Part shown: in pieces, positions 56,101-64,000 of the stretch
Position numbering within the stretch: the stretch's first letter is position 1
Layout of the letters: every line of letters begins with the position of its first letter
Assembly: GCA_964586235.1 (NCBI GenBank)
Contig: CAZPIO010000009.1
Coordinates: forward strand, 36,916 to 100,915
DNA: 64,000 nucleotides
Origin: an uncultured Planctomycetales bacterium
GTDB taxonomy: Bacteria; Planctomycetota; Phycisphaerae; UBA1845; PWPN01
Reading direction: 5' to 3'
Notes under the pieces: generated by a model
The model's input: the letters and a program-made list of their open reading frames with translations, nothing else
Told to the model about the DNA's origin: nothing
Database searches by the model: none
Translations under genes and position numbers: made by a program

Positions 56101-56808
56101 CAGCGCAGATCCCATCTCCCACCACGTCTGAACAACCGGCCTGTTGTTGAGCACGATTTGCCCGTTGTACACTGTCAGATCGGCCTTTCGATCCGGCCTG
56201 GCCGGGTCGCTTTGAACGAGGATTCTCGAAGTGACCATGGGCGACGCCGTGAGGGCCGACAGCCTGGAGACCTTCACCGGCTTGCCGCCCACCGGAAGGA
56301 TCCAGCGTGCTTTCCAGTACAGCTTGCCCGGCTTGGCGATTGTGAAAGTCCAGCTCTTTTCCTTGGTTTCGAGGTTGCCGTCGACAGCGACCCATTTCCC
56401 CTGCCAGAGCGTCGCACCCTCCCAGAACTCGACGACCGGCTGGCCGGCCTGGGATGCCGGTAGATCGGAATCGAGAATGATGCCCAGCGACCGGAGCGGT
56501 CGGCCCTCGAACCACTGCAGGCCGACGCAGGCCTGGCCGTTGGCGGCCGGGGCCACCTGCCGGCAACCTTCCGGGTCGGGAAAAAGGTCAGTCTCCAGGA
56601 ACAGATCCTCGGCCGCGATCTCCTCCAACCGGCTGGCCCGCACCCCGACATCCCGCTGGGGGTCCCAGGTGCAGACGCGGGCGAACGGGGCTGCCTCGAG
56701 CAGATCGCCGGTTTGGTCAGCCGCCCTGGCCGTCTGGGCGGCGACTGACAGTACCAGCAGTACCAAGGATGCAAGAAAGGCCATCGAGATCAGGGCACGG
56801 GTGAACAT
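53191..56808 (-). CDS. secreted giant with NPCBM-like carbohydrate-binding module and (alpha/alpha)6-like C-terminal region
   Basis: I chose the ATG at 56808; the track ORF starts at 56841. Signal peptide MFTRALISMAFLASLVLLVLSVAAQTARA. The NPCBM-like segment at ~55243-55635 reads YSRGLGHHSMGEIVIDVSEGYERFEAEVGLQ...GSVVFQVLVDGEKRFDSGVM...LSLKLTDAGDGRGFDAGNWCEARL. Confidence 0.8.
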   Translation of the reverse strand: MFTRALISMAFLASLVLLVLSVAAQTARAADQTGDLLEAAPFARVCTWDPQRDVGVRASRLEEIAAEDLFLETDLFPDPEGCRQVAPAANGQACVGLQWFEGRPLRSLGIILDSDLPASQAGQPVVEFWEGATLWQGKWVAVDGNLETKEKSWTFTIAKPGKLYWKARWILPVGGKPVKVSRLSALTASPMVTSRILVQSDPARPDRKADLTVYNGQIVLNNRPVVQTWWEMGSALELTVRHASLDATRQVRADRTSIRFRMPEGSFAVAMDDVLERGPVYVAHAGLFVSKVPADKNMEEYKREFEGKKTVLEQVREMPDQTRERAMSKTHYNSSLDAGRMMISLACDNAKFVTEPNGTIFYYDNFDRDAKGRTANCVFTPMFGNRRILGQSQTWGSLGLNKAAHADPASALALQIHDKKYSRGLGHHSMGEIVIDVSEGYERFEAEVGLQWQGGGAPGSVVFQVLVDGEKRFDSGVMKENDDPKPVSVPLAGAQTLSLKLTDAGDGRGFDAGNWCEARLIGKGQAAEPVYLTELFTEAPKLSRHLEGGWLPAPVITATAGGLEYRQRIYVVPFAKENLPTAPRWLNAKPLCMVELTMKNTKAELAEVGASFLFSSGEDDSRRPSIETVSNRTIVTDKGQLVGVFDCGEFAGSKVRGNKGHVSLSGRLPAGGSARCYIYLPAWQMTPDQQEELTGGEALFDRFKAYWEAILVTGMQIDLPDPWIADVIRANLVHVLLAARNEQQGRLIVPWIASDRYWVAIDSEGNSPIRGMQYWGQNDFARRSFEYFFTHYKPEGFMTMGYTLMGNGWHLWALGEYMQLARDDEWFKSVVDKPAGLCQWVTAQPAKTRKLRTDSRKLPEYGLMPPGVQADWNAYAYYFYANSYFRAGLAATGQALKAIGHPDGNKVVAAAEELRGEIVRAFKESQAQAPVVPLRDGTWVPYYPGSVYTPGPMADYYPGQDGNRSWAYDVDLGSHHMIALGVMKPDAPDVDWIMNHMEDVQFLSDGWGGYPAERNHAEWFDMGGFAKVQPYYCRNAEISALRDDVKPFVRSYFNTLASLIDGTCLSIFEHFSNFCYNKTHETGYFLYQSRTMLVTERGEELWLAPFVTSNWFKDDMSIGVKSAPTLFGVVSYRIRSAPSQGRIGAEIEPPTRSAPKAIVLRLRHPEGKPMKSVTVDGRPHADFDPKRETIRLAPTGKTIQVEAHY

Positions 56809-56904
56809 GGTTAGCTCCCCATAGATGAAAAACGCCGACAATACCGACCGAGATAATGCAGAACGGGGTCTGTGTCCAGAGGACGGGTCGGAGGCAGCCG
56901 TTAC

Positions 56905-57057
56905 CGGGCCCGTGACAGTTTAGGCGGCTCTTTCAGAACCCCGAGCGCTAGCGAGCGGGCCTCGGGTCGTGCGACCGCTTCGCGGTCTGGCCCGTCGCTT
57001 GCGCTCCGGGTTCTGAATTGGCCCTGCCTCTACCCCGCCCAAACTGTCACGGACCCG
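56905..57057. repeat. ~150-nt extended imperfect palindrome (long hairpin)
   Basis: Hand pairing gives four nested stems. The outer stem 56905-56927 with 57035-57057 has 21 of 23 pairs. The middle stem 56934-56948 with 57001-57015 has 14 of 15 pairs. The inner stem 56950-56961 with 56989-56999 has 11 pairs and one bulge. The tip GACCGC (56973-56978) pairs with GCGGTC (56982-56987) around the loop TTC. Confidence 0.7.
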
Positions 57058-57060
57058 CCG

Positions 57061-57726
57061 TTACCGCACGGCCATGAGCCTGAACGGCATCAGGAACCAG
57101 AGGGCACCGGTGATGAGTTTCGACGAAGCGCAGGCCGCGATCAGCCTGCGCGACGTGACTGGAACGCCCCACTGCCGCCACCGTCTCCGCACTACCCAGA
57201 ATTGCACAATGGCAACCTCGATCGTTGTCCCGACATAGAAGTGCAGCAAGCCCCAGCGCTCGGCGGCATCCCAGCCAAAGTCTCCGAGAGACCAATACCT
57301 CCCTGCGAGCAACATGCTCACAACGCTCACTCCGTAGCCGATCAGGACCCCCTCCCACCACGAACGGAACCGGCACCAACCAATTCGACCGATGATTGGG
57401 GCGACGATACACATCTCGACCGCGGCTTGGCATCCGCTGACAGCAAAGGGAATGAGAACGAATGCCAATAAGACCAGAAGGAACCAGAATTGGGCGAAGA
57501 TGACCAAGGCACCGATGAACAGCGCCGTCAATACACACGCCGCGATGGCAGAATTACGCCCCTCCCGCCGTTTTCGGATCTCGTCGAAAATCCGCGGGAT
57601 GTCCTCCCACCTGAACTCGAAGCCACACTCGGGGCACCGCGGCAAGGTCAACCCGCGCAGGTTGTACCGGCATCGCGGGCAGGGAAGGTCATGCTGGAGG
57701 CCCTCCGGGCCAGGAGGGTCGAGCAC
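57061..57726 (-). CDS. membrane protein with N-terminal zinc ribbon
   Basis: GTG start at 57726 with no good SD. The zinc ribbon CPRCRYNLRGLTLPRCPECGF is followed by 4-5 hydrophobic helices. Confidence 0.65.
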   Translation of the reverse strand: MLDPPGPEGLQHDLPCPRCRYNLRGLTLPRCPECGFEFRWEDIPRIFDEIRKRREGRNSAIAACVLTALFIGALVIFAQFWFLLVLLAFVLIPFAVSGCQAAVEMCIVAPIIGRIGWCRFRSWWEGVLIGYGVSVVSMLLAGRYWSLGDFGWDAAERWGLLHFYVGTTIEVAIVQFWVVRRRWRQWGVPVTSRRLIAACASSKLITGALWFLMPFRLMAVR

Positions 57727-57972
57727 CTTGAAATCAGGCAGTTCCAGGATCGTGTCCTCCTACCTTATTCTACATCCCTGATTGCGGACTTGTCTCCGAC
57801 AACAGGCCGAACGGATCGATTGTTAGCCGCCGGTACCCCCCGGAAAACGCCCGGTAGACACGCCTGCGGCCATTTTTGTATCATGGATGGGGGTCGCGGA
57901 ATCCGATTCAACCCGGCGGAACAACCGGCTTGGGGCGAAAGGGCGCTGTGGACCTGCCGATCAGGCGAGGGA

Positions 57973-60900
57973 ATGAGCGTGATCCAGCATCTCAAGTGCC
58001 TTCGGACCATCACCGTGGCTGCGGCCGCCCTTTCAAGCATCACGACCGGAACGGCCCTTGCCCAGCGCTCGCTGGGAGACCTCAGCGGCCCCTGGCAACT
58101 GCTCGTCGATGATCATTCCATCGAAGGCAAGACCGCTGTCACCCGCACCTATCACCCCTTCGAAAAATACGCCGGCAACCCTGTCCTGCTGCCCACCGAG
58201 GCATGGGAGGACAGCGTCACCTATATCTACGGCACCGTCCTGCCGGCCGAGGACACCAGCGGATATCGCATGTGGTACCACACCCTGCGTCCCGAGGACA
58301 CCGACAACGACGGCAGCAATATCCTCTACGCTACCAGTCCGGACGGAGTCAACTGGACCAAGCCCAATCTCGGCATCCGGTCCTGGCACGGCTCGACGGC
58401 CAACAACATGATCTTCGTACGGCCAGGCCAGAGCGGCATCACCTCGGTGCTCCACACGCCGTGGAACGCCGATCCCGACCGGCAATACACGCTGATGAAC
58501 TTCGACATCGGCGGCTACTGGGGTGCTTACTCGCCCGATGGTATCCACACATTCGATCTGCCCAACAATCCCGTCATCACCGACGGCGGCGACGTCGGGC
58601 AGTTTATGTGGGACCCGTTCGTGCAGCAGTTCCGCGGTTACGTGAAGCTCAATTCCTATGTCAACGGGCTCAAGCGCCGAAGCGTCGGCCACAGCACGAC
58701 CGCCGCCATCGAGAGCTGGCCGCCGCTGGCCCTCATTCTCGAACCGGACACGTTCGACGACCGCTGGGTCCCGGCCGGCACTGTTCAGCGAACGCACATG
58801 TATGGCATGTCCGTGTTCGCCTACGAATCCATGTATCTCGGCTTCCTCTGGATCTTCCGGGCCACCGACGTTGACGGCTACTACATCGGGCCCGTCTATG
58901 CGGAACTGGTCAGCAGCCGCGATGCAGTGAACTGGAAACGGGAGGAGGGAGACCGCCCTCCCATCCTGCCCCTCGGAGCCCCCGGCCAATGGGATGACGG
59001 ACAGCTCTATACCGCCATCGCCCCGGTCTTCAACGGCAACACGCTGATGGTCTACTACGGAGCCTGTGACAACGTCCACGGCTATGCCACCAAGCTGCTC
59101 AACTGCGCAATCGGTCTGGCGACGCTGCGTAAGGACGGGTTTGTCTCTCTGGATGCCGGGCCGAGCGGTGGAAGCGTCTCGACCAAGAGCCTCGTCGGGG
59201 CATCCGGACCGCTCCACGTCAACTACAAGGCGACAGCCGGCCAGCTCGCGGTCGAGGTCCTCGACAGCAGCGACGCCGTCATCCCCGGTTACAGCGAAAG
59301 CGAATGCATCCCCCTGCAAGGCGACAGCATCGACGAGGTCGTGACCTGGCAGACCCACACTCAAGTGCCCGAGGACCTCGGCCCGATACGCCTGCGGTTC
59401 ATCCTCCAGAACGCTTCGCTCTACTCTTACATGGTCGGGGAGATCGTGGATCCCCCTGCGATCACTCAGCAGCCCCTGGACCGAACCGTGGCGATCGGGG
59501 CAGGCACAACCTTTACGGTCCAGGCCATGGGTACGGCTCCCCTCTCTTACCAATGGCGGAAGAATGATCGAAACCTTGCCGACGGAGGTCACTACTCCGG
59601 CACAGGCACGCCCACCTTGTCCGTAACGGCCACCGACCTGGGCGACGTGGCCATTTACACCTGTGTGGTGTCAAACGCCTACGGGAGCGCGACCTCGGCC
59701 GAGGCAAAGCTCAATATCACCATCGCGCAGTTCAACGGGCTCGGGGCTGTACCCGGAATGACCGGAAGCACCGCAACCGGAATCACCTCCGATGGCTCGA
59801 TCATCTGTGGCACCAGCGGCAGCCAGGCGTTCATCTGGACCGACGGCGGCGGTATCAAAGGTCTCGGCGTCCCCACGGGTGCTTCCACCAGCAGCGCCGC
59901 CGGCGTGGGCCTGCATAACGGATCGGTGGTCGCGGCGGTCAACACCAACACATCGACCTTCAAGGCCAAACGTTGGGTCGGCAATACGCTCGGACAAGGT
60001 GCATTCAGCGATCTTCCGCGTCCGGGCGCGAGCCTGGAATGGACCGCCTCCGGCCTGGGCACCAACAGCACTTCCGAAGTGTGGATCAGCGGCAGCACAG
60101 TCAACGGCGGCGACGGCAACGGCCGGCAGGCTTGCCGCTACCGGCAGAGCACGGGAACAACCGATCTGCCGACTCTGCCCCCCAACGGCCATGACAACTC
60201 CGACTTCCACGCCGTGTCCGACAACGGCCACTTCGGCGGGCAGTATCAGTACCTGGGAACCGCGCCAAGTGGCGGGGCACGCAACGCGATGAAGTACACC
60301 GGCACCTCTTCCTGCCTTCCGCTCAACACCTTGATCGGTTCACCGACCACGAAAAACGAAGCCCTCGTCAAAGCCGTCTCGCGCAACGGCCTCGTCCAGG
60401 GCGGCTGGAGCTACTACATTAACGAACTCATGCTCTACAAGCCGTGCATCTGGATCGGATCGACCGTCCCCACGGCCGTCGGCTTCATACCCGGCGGCGA
60501 CAACGACAACTACGGTGAAATCCTTGCCCTCAGCGGCGACGGCTCGCTCGCCGGTGGCTACAGCCTTTATCACGGCAGCCCCGACGGGCCCAAGGAAGCT
60601 CTGATCTGGGACTCAGCCAACGGCGTCCGGCAACTACAGGGCTGGCTGGCGGCCCAGTACGGCCTGACCTTTACCGGTTGGACGCTGCAGGAGGTCCGCG
60701 GCATCTCTGCCGACGGCCTGATCCTGACCGGCAACGGTCTGCACAACGCCGTCGGCGAGGCATGGGTGCTCAAGCTCGTCCCCTATGCCCCCCCGCCGCC
60801 GACGATCGTGCTGCAGCCGCAATCCCAGAACGTCTGCCCGAACGGCACGGCCGTGCTTCAGATCATCGCGGACGGCCAGGGCCCGATCAGCTACTGGTGG

Positions 60901-61311
60901 CAAAAGGACGGGCAAGGTCTGTATGACAATGGGCACTACACCGGCACGGACTCGCCCATGTTGACCATCACCAATCTGGGCCCGGCAGACGCGGGAGTCT
61001 ACCATTGCGTCGTTACGGCCGGCTTCAACAGCGTTGAATCCGCCGGTGCCACGCTATCGATGTTGCCCGTCGTGCCGGCCGATCTCGACCAGGATTGCGA
61101 CGTGGACCAGGATGACGTGACGACCTTCGAATCCTGCGCCGGCGGCCCGGGCGTTCCGTATCCAGCCGCCTGCTCGCTGCCCTTTGACGGCCACGACCCC
61201 GTAGCCGCCGACTTCGACGCCGACCTCGACGTCGATCAACCCGATTTCGGCCTCCTGCACCGCTGCCTGAGCGGCGAAAACGTGCCGCCCGATCCGAACT
61301 GCGGCGGCTGA
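57973..61311 (+). CDS. secreted GH-like propeller / Ig I-set-like / HAF-repeat-like / dockerin-like multidomain protein
   Basis: ATG 57973. The track ORF start at 57490 overlaps the divergent gene and is rejected. Signal peptide MSVIQHLKCLRTITVAAAALSSITTGTALA. The propeller carries the motifs SPDGVNWTKP, SPDGIHTFD and SRDAVNWKRE. The Ig-like domains lie at ~59452-59717 and ~60790-61062 (LSYQWRKN...AIYTCVVSNAYG; ISYWWQKDG...GVYHCVVTAG). Repeats between them include ITSDGSIICG, AVSDNGHFGG, ALSGDGSLAGG and GISADGLILTG. The tail spans 61081-61308. Confidence 0.85.
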   Translation: MSVIQHLKCLRTITVAAAALSSITTGTALAQRSLGDLSGPWQLLVDDHSIEGKTAVTRTYHPFEKYAGNPVLLPTEAWEDSVTYIYGTVLPAEDTSGYRMWYHTLRPEDTDNDGSNILYATSPDGVNWTKPNLGIRSWHGSTANNMIFVRPGQSGITSVLHTPWNADPDRQYTLMNFDIGGYWGAYSPDGIHTFDLPNNPVITDGGDVGQFMWDPFVQQFRGYVKLNSYVNGLKRRSVGHSTTAAIESWPPLALILEPDTFDDRWVPAGTVQRTHMYGMSVFAYESMYLGFLWIFRATDVDGYYIGPVYAELVSSRDAVNWKREEGDRPPILPLGAPGQWDDGQLYTAIAPVFNGNTLMVYYGACDNVHGYATKLLNCAIGLATLRKDGFVSLDAGPSGGSVSTKSLVGASGPLHVNYKATAGQLAVEVLDSSDAVIPGYSESECIPLQGDSIDEVVTWQTHTQVPEDLGPIRLRFILQNASLYSYMVGEIVDPPAITQQPLDRTVAIGAGTTFTVQAMGTAPLSYQWRKNDRNLADGGHYSGTGTPTLSVTATDLGDVAIYTCVVSNAYGSATSAEAKLNITIAQFNGLGAVPGMTGSTATGITSDGSIICGTSGSQAFIWTDGGGIKGLGVPTGASTSSAAGVGLHNGSVVAAVNTNTSTFKAKRWVGNTLGQGAFSDLPRPGASLEWTASGLGTNSTSEVWISGSTVNGGDGNGRQACRYRQSTGTTDLPTLPPNGHDNSDFHAVSDNGHFGGQYQYLGTAPSGGARNAMKYTGTSSCLPLNTLIGSPTTKNEALVKAVSRNGLVQGGWSYYINELMLYKPCIWIGSTVPTAVGFIPGGDNDNYGEILALSGDGSLAGGYSLYHGSPDGPKEALIWDSANGVRQLQGWLAAQYGLTFTGWTLQEVRGISADGLILTGNGLHNAVGEAWVLKLVPYAPPPPTIVLQPQSQNVCPNGTAVLQIIADGQGPISYWWQKDGQGLYDNGHYTGTDSPMLTITNLGPADAGVYHCVVTAGFNSVESAGATLSMLPVVPADLDQDCDVDQDDVTTFESCAGGPGVPYPAACSLPFDGHDPVAADFDADLDVDQPDFGLLHRCLSGENVPPDPNCGG

Positions 61312-61594
61312 TACTCCTTCAAAGGCCGCTCGATCTGTCGATGCCCTTTGCCTTTCGCCATAACCTACGCTTCTATATAGGGTTACAAGCAGATCGTGGC
61401 TTGCCGGCTCGTCGGGCAGCCTGTTCGCCCCCTTGGTCCATCGCACCAAATCGCCATCGGCCTCCGCAGGTCAGGCCCCCTACCGATGGGACCAAAGTCC
61501 AATTGCACCAACGCCACGCCGGCTCTAGCATCTGGTATAGGTAGCAGTCCCGGAAACCAACCGGGCTAGGCTTAGAAAACGTCAAGAAAGGTTC

Positions 61595-61623
61595 TTGACA
61601 TGAATAAGAATTTACCTTAGTAT
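61595..61623 (+). promoter_or_regulatory. sigma70-like promoter for the PEP-CTERM gene
   Basis: TTGACA (61595-61600) is followed by a 17-nt spacer and TAGTAT (61618-61623). It sits in a locally AT-rich patch ~115 nt upstream of ATG 61740. Confidence 0.45.
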
Positions 61624-61739
61624 GGTTTCATCGGAGGCGCGAGGCGGAGAAGCAGCAAGTCTTCGTTGCTTCCATGGTAATAGCTGCCAGGCGCTCTGCA
61701 AGTTCATGCCGGCGAAAGCCGCAGGAGGAGGATAGCATA

Positions 61740-62561
61740 ATGTCGATACGAGCATCTGCGATACGATTGGTCGTTGCGGGCGGCCTTCTTGCGTGCGGGG
61801 TTGCCGCCCAGGCCACTCCGTTCGTACTCCAGGACCAGAATTCCACCGCCGCCTACGAGACCCAGACGCAAGCTGGGCAGCACTCCTGGATTGTTGACGG
61901 TGTCAACCATCTGAACAAGCAGTGGTTCTGGTATCGTACCGATGCCATGCCCGGGGAGTCCTCAATCGATGCCCTGACACAAGTAGGTGCCGTCGTTACG
62001 GACACGAACCCCTTCACCGATTCGCGGCCGGATACCCTGGCCGTGCTCTACGCCGATCCTGGTCAGCAGTTCCAGATAGAACTGGGCCTGCGGCTGCGCG
62101 GCGCCACGTTCGGAAGCGGAAGTGCGGACATTGCCGAGCAAATCAGCATCAGGAATCTAACCGGCAGCCCGCTCGGGTTCCACTTCTTCCAGTACGTGGA
62201 CTTCGATCTGAACGGCAACCCGCAGGGTGATCTGACTGCTTTTCTCGCGGACAACACGGTTGAACAGAGGAAATTCGGTGGCAGCGTCGTCACGGAGACC
62301 GTGATTACGTCGCGGTCCGACCATCATGAGACTCAACTGGTCCCTATAACCTTGAACAGGTTGAATGACGCGATGCCGACGACCCTGGACGATTCAAATG
62401 CCGCCGGCGCGGCCAACGTAGCCTGGGCCTTCGAGTGGGACGTCACCATCCCCGGCTTCGGTGAATTCCTCATCAGCAAGGACAAGCAGATCACCCCGGA
62501 GCCCGCCACGCTGTCGCTTCTGGCCCTTGGAGGCCTGGTGGCCCTCAGACGCAAACGCTGA
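61740..62561 (+). CDS. PEP-CTERM-anchored secreted protein
   Basis: ATG 61740 preceded by AGGAGGAGGA. Signal peptide MSIRASAIRLVVAGGLLACGVAAQA. The C-terminus ITPEPATLSLLALGGLVALRRKR is a PEP-CTERM signal. Confidence 0.85.
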   Translation: MSIRASAIRLVVAGGLLACGVAAQATPFVLQDQNSTAAYETQTQAGQHSWIVDGVNHLNKQWFWYRTDAMPGESSIDALTQVGAVVTDTNPFTDSRPDTLAVLYADPGQQFQIELGLRLRGATFGSGSADIAEQISIRNLTGSPLGFHFFQYVDFDLNGNPQGDLTAFLADNTVEQRKFGGSVVTETVITSRSDHHETQLVPITLNRLNDAMPTTLDDSNAAGAANVAWAFEWDVTIPGFGEFLISKDKQITPEPATLSLLALGGLVALRRKR

Positions 62562-62602
62562 TAATCGACGGGTAACGCAATACCGGTATTCAATCACTCC
62601 AC

Positions 62603-62640
62603 GAACAGGGCCACCGACTGCCGGTGGCCCTGTTCTTGCG
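62603..62640 (+). terminator. intrinsic terminator downstream of the PEP-CTERM gene
   Basis: A perfect 14-bp GC-rich stem GAACAGGGCCACCG (62603-62616) pairs with CGGTGGCCCTGTTC (62622-62635) around a 5-nt loop. It runs into TTCTTG and lies 42 nt after the stop at 62561. Confidence 0.55.
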
Positions 62641-63162
62641 CGGACGCGGGCCGAAAAGTGTCGGGATGAGTGATTCATCGTGATGGCGTGATGAAGCCCG
62701 CTGACGACATCCGGCCACCCGCCGTGAGGGCACACGGATAGATGGGTACAATGACAACATAAGTGCTCTACAAGGTATTTGCTCGAATTCGACCTCTCGT
62801 GTTAGGGGCGCACCCTTCCTGCCCCCGCCTGACTGACTGCCGCACACCGAAGGCGCAAGCCCGCTCAGGCCTGAAACCTTCCTGCCGGTTTACCCTGGCG
62901 CCCTGTAGTCCAAGCCGGTAAGGACCCTATGTCACGGAGGTTTCACGATCCACAGGCACACGCAAGCCGCGGGACCGGCCGTGCGGTCTGCTTTCCACGC
63001 AATCCTCCGCCCAATCGCCAGGTATCGCGACCACTTGCCGGCAGAAACCCTCGGTTTCGGATGGACGGCGACGAGGTGGAATCGCTATCATGTAGTTTAG
63101 CCCGGAGGGGAGGTCACCGTGTCTTCCCATGTGGTCGATTCCCGCACGAGGACTGCATTTCC

Positions 63163-64000
63163 ATGAACCGGATGTGTTGCCGATCGAGGCGTCGAGGAGA
63201 GGCTCTGTTCTTGGCCGCGGCCGTGCTGGCCGGGGCGTGCGGGCTGCTCGCGCAGCCGGATACCGCCCGGGGGGAACTGGCCTGGGTCTCACCGAACCAC
63301 TATCGGCTGGTGCTTGAAGTGAACCCTCGCGGGGTAACGCGTTCGAACTCCCCCGCCAGCCTCGACGTCGATTTCGTCCAGGCCCTGGCCGACCAGGGCG
63401 GGTCCGGCACGTTCGACGAGAGCACGCTGGAGGTGGTGGCCTACGGCGCCGCCGGGGCACCCGCAGTGTACGACGCCGGCCGCTCCGGATACGAGCAGTA
63501 CCTGCTGCCCTGGCGGGTCGACAAATACTGGGGCGTCAACCGCGTGACACTGAGCTTCGTGATGCCCAGCCAGGCTTACACGCTGTATGCCGTCTACTTC
63601 GACACTGTCGAGTCCGGTCTGGGCCAGCCGCAGCGCTATCACGGCCTGGTCGGCGACGGCGACTTCTTCCGCGAGGGTTTCAAGCGGCGGGAGATCGGTG
63701 CCTGCCATTTCGACTCTTTCTACGATCTTGACGGCGACGGAGACCTGGACCTGTTCAAGGGCGGCGTCGAGGCGTTCGTGTTCTGCTACGAAAACGTCGG
63801 CGGCAACCGTTTCATCGACCGCGGCCGGCTCACCTCCGGCGGCAACCTGCTGATCCTGCCGCGGGCCGACAGCAACCGGGCGTGGATGACGCTGACGTTC
63901 TACGATTGGGACGGCGACGGCGACGGCGACCTGTTCGCCAGTTTCGAGGACGGCACCTACAAAGGACAGATCGCGTACTTGGAGAACACCACCTCGCCCG
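63163..64000 (+). CDS. secreted FG-GAP/VCBS-repeat protein, 3'-truncated by the window edge
   Basis: This ORF is not in the track because it has no stop before the window ends. My own translation from ATG 63163 gives MNRMCCRSRRRGEALFLAAAVLAGACGLLAQP... The frame stays open to 64000. It contains FG-GAP-like Ca-loop repeats (FYDLDGDGDLDLF and FYDWDGDGDGDLF). Confidence 0.75.
   Translation, partial: MNRMCCRSRRRGEALFLAAAVLAGACGLLAQPDTARGELAWVSPNHYRLVLEVNPRGVTRSNSPASLDVDFVQALADQGGSGTFDESTLEVVAYGAAGAPAVYDAGRSGYEQYLLPWRVDKYWGVNRVTLSFVMPSQAYTLYAVYFDTVESGLGQPQRYHGLVGDGDFFREGFKRREIGACHFDSFYDLDGDGDLDLFKGGVEAFVFCYENVGGNRFIDRGRLTSGGNLLILPRADSNRAWMTLTFYDWDGDGDGDLFASFEDGTYKGQIAYLENTTSP

Noticed and set aside
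54607-56463. 618-aa plus-strand ORF
   Set aside because: It is antisense to the NPCBM giant and has the same Arg/Ala/Gly/Pro-rich low-information composition. The minus-strand frame carries the recognisable domain.
57490-57972. 161-aa N-terminal extension of the 57973 gene
   Set aside because: It overlaps the divergent Zn-ribbon gene on the other strand and its composition is R/P/G-rich. A clean signal peptide begins at the ATG at 57973.
58033-59592. 519-aa minus-strand ORF
   Set aside because: It is the antisense shadow of the 57973 gene. The same reasoning applies to 23610..25007, 49923..51422, 16041..17300, 13445..14680, 4065..5411, 34296..35522, 35363..36640 and 39977..40930.
1-64000. 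CRISPR arrays, IS elements, integrases, prophage or defence-system genes
   Set aside because: I found no regularly spaced direct repeats. The only recurring DNA, the ~190-bp dockerin-like coding segments, is kilobases apart, in frame and part of paralogous genes. No ORF shows transposase, integrase, nuclease-helicase or toxin-antitoxin signatures.

Overview
GC-rich bacterial chromosome fragment. I support 33 protein-coding genes, one of them truncated at the 3' edge. I saw no rRNA, tRNA, CRISPR array, transposase or integrase. The lineage is probably Planctomycetota, Phycisphaerae-like. That is an inference from PEP-CTERM tails, dockerin-like tails, giant multidomain secreted proteins and a Zn-ribbon membrane protein; there is no marker RNA to confirm it. 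The window falls into four blocks. (1) 1-37 kb is an accessory island of secreted glycan-processing or lectin-like proteins. Its core is five co-directional giant genes (8784-24902) behind a divergent AraR-like regulator. It also holds a PEP-CTERM protein, a transglutaminase-like lipoprotein, an orphan sugar-binding lipoprotein and several glycoside-hydrolase-like enzymes. (2) 37-49 kb is a housekeeping block: pruA, elbB, prfB with its +1 frameshift, kup, a PHP histidinol phosphatase, a lipid acyltransferase, a universal stress protein, a TVP38/DedA-like protein and a Na/alanine symporter. (3) 49.5-53 kb holds a REC-PAS-PAS histidine kinase and two output-less response regulators. (4) 53-64 kb is a second accessory block: an NPCBM-containing giant, a Zn-ribbon membrane protein, a GH-like/Ig/HAF-repeat giant, a PEP-CTERM protein and a partial FG-GAP/VCBS protein. 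The most interesting signal is a family of seven signal-peptide-bearing giants that all end in the same Cys-containing double EF-hand, dockerin-like module. No cohesin-like partner is visible. They also exchange several unannotated modules, including a ~150-aa module present in four proteins. A ~150-nt near-perfect extended hairpin at 56905-57057 is the clearest non-coding oddity. All domain calls come from motif recognition by eye and need HMM or structure confirmation.
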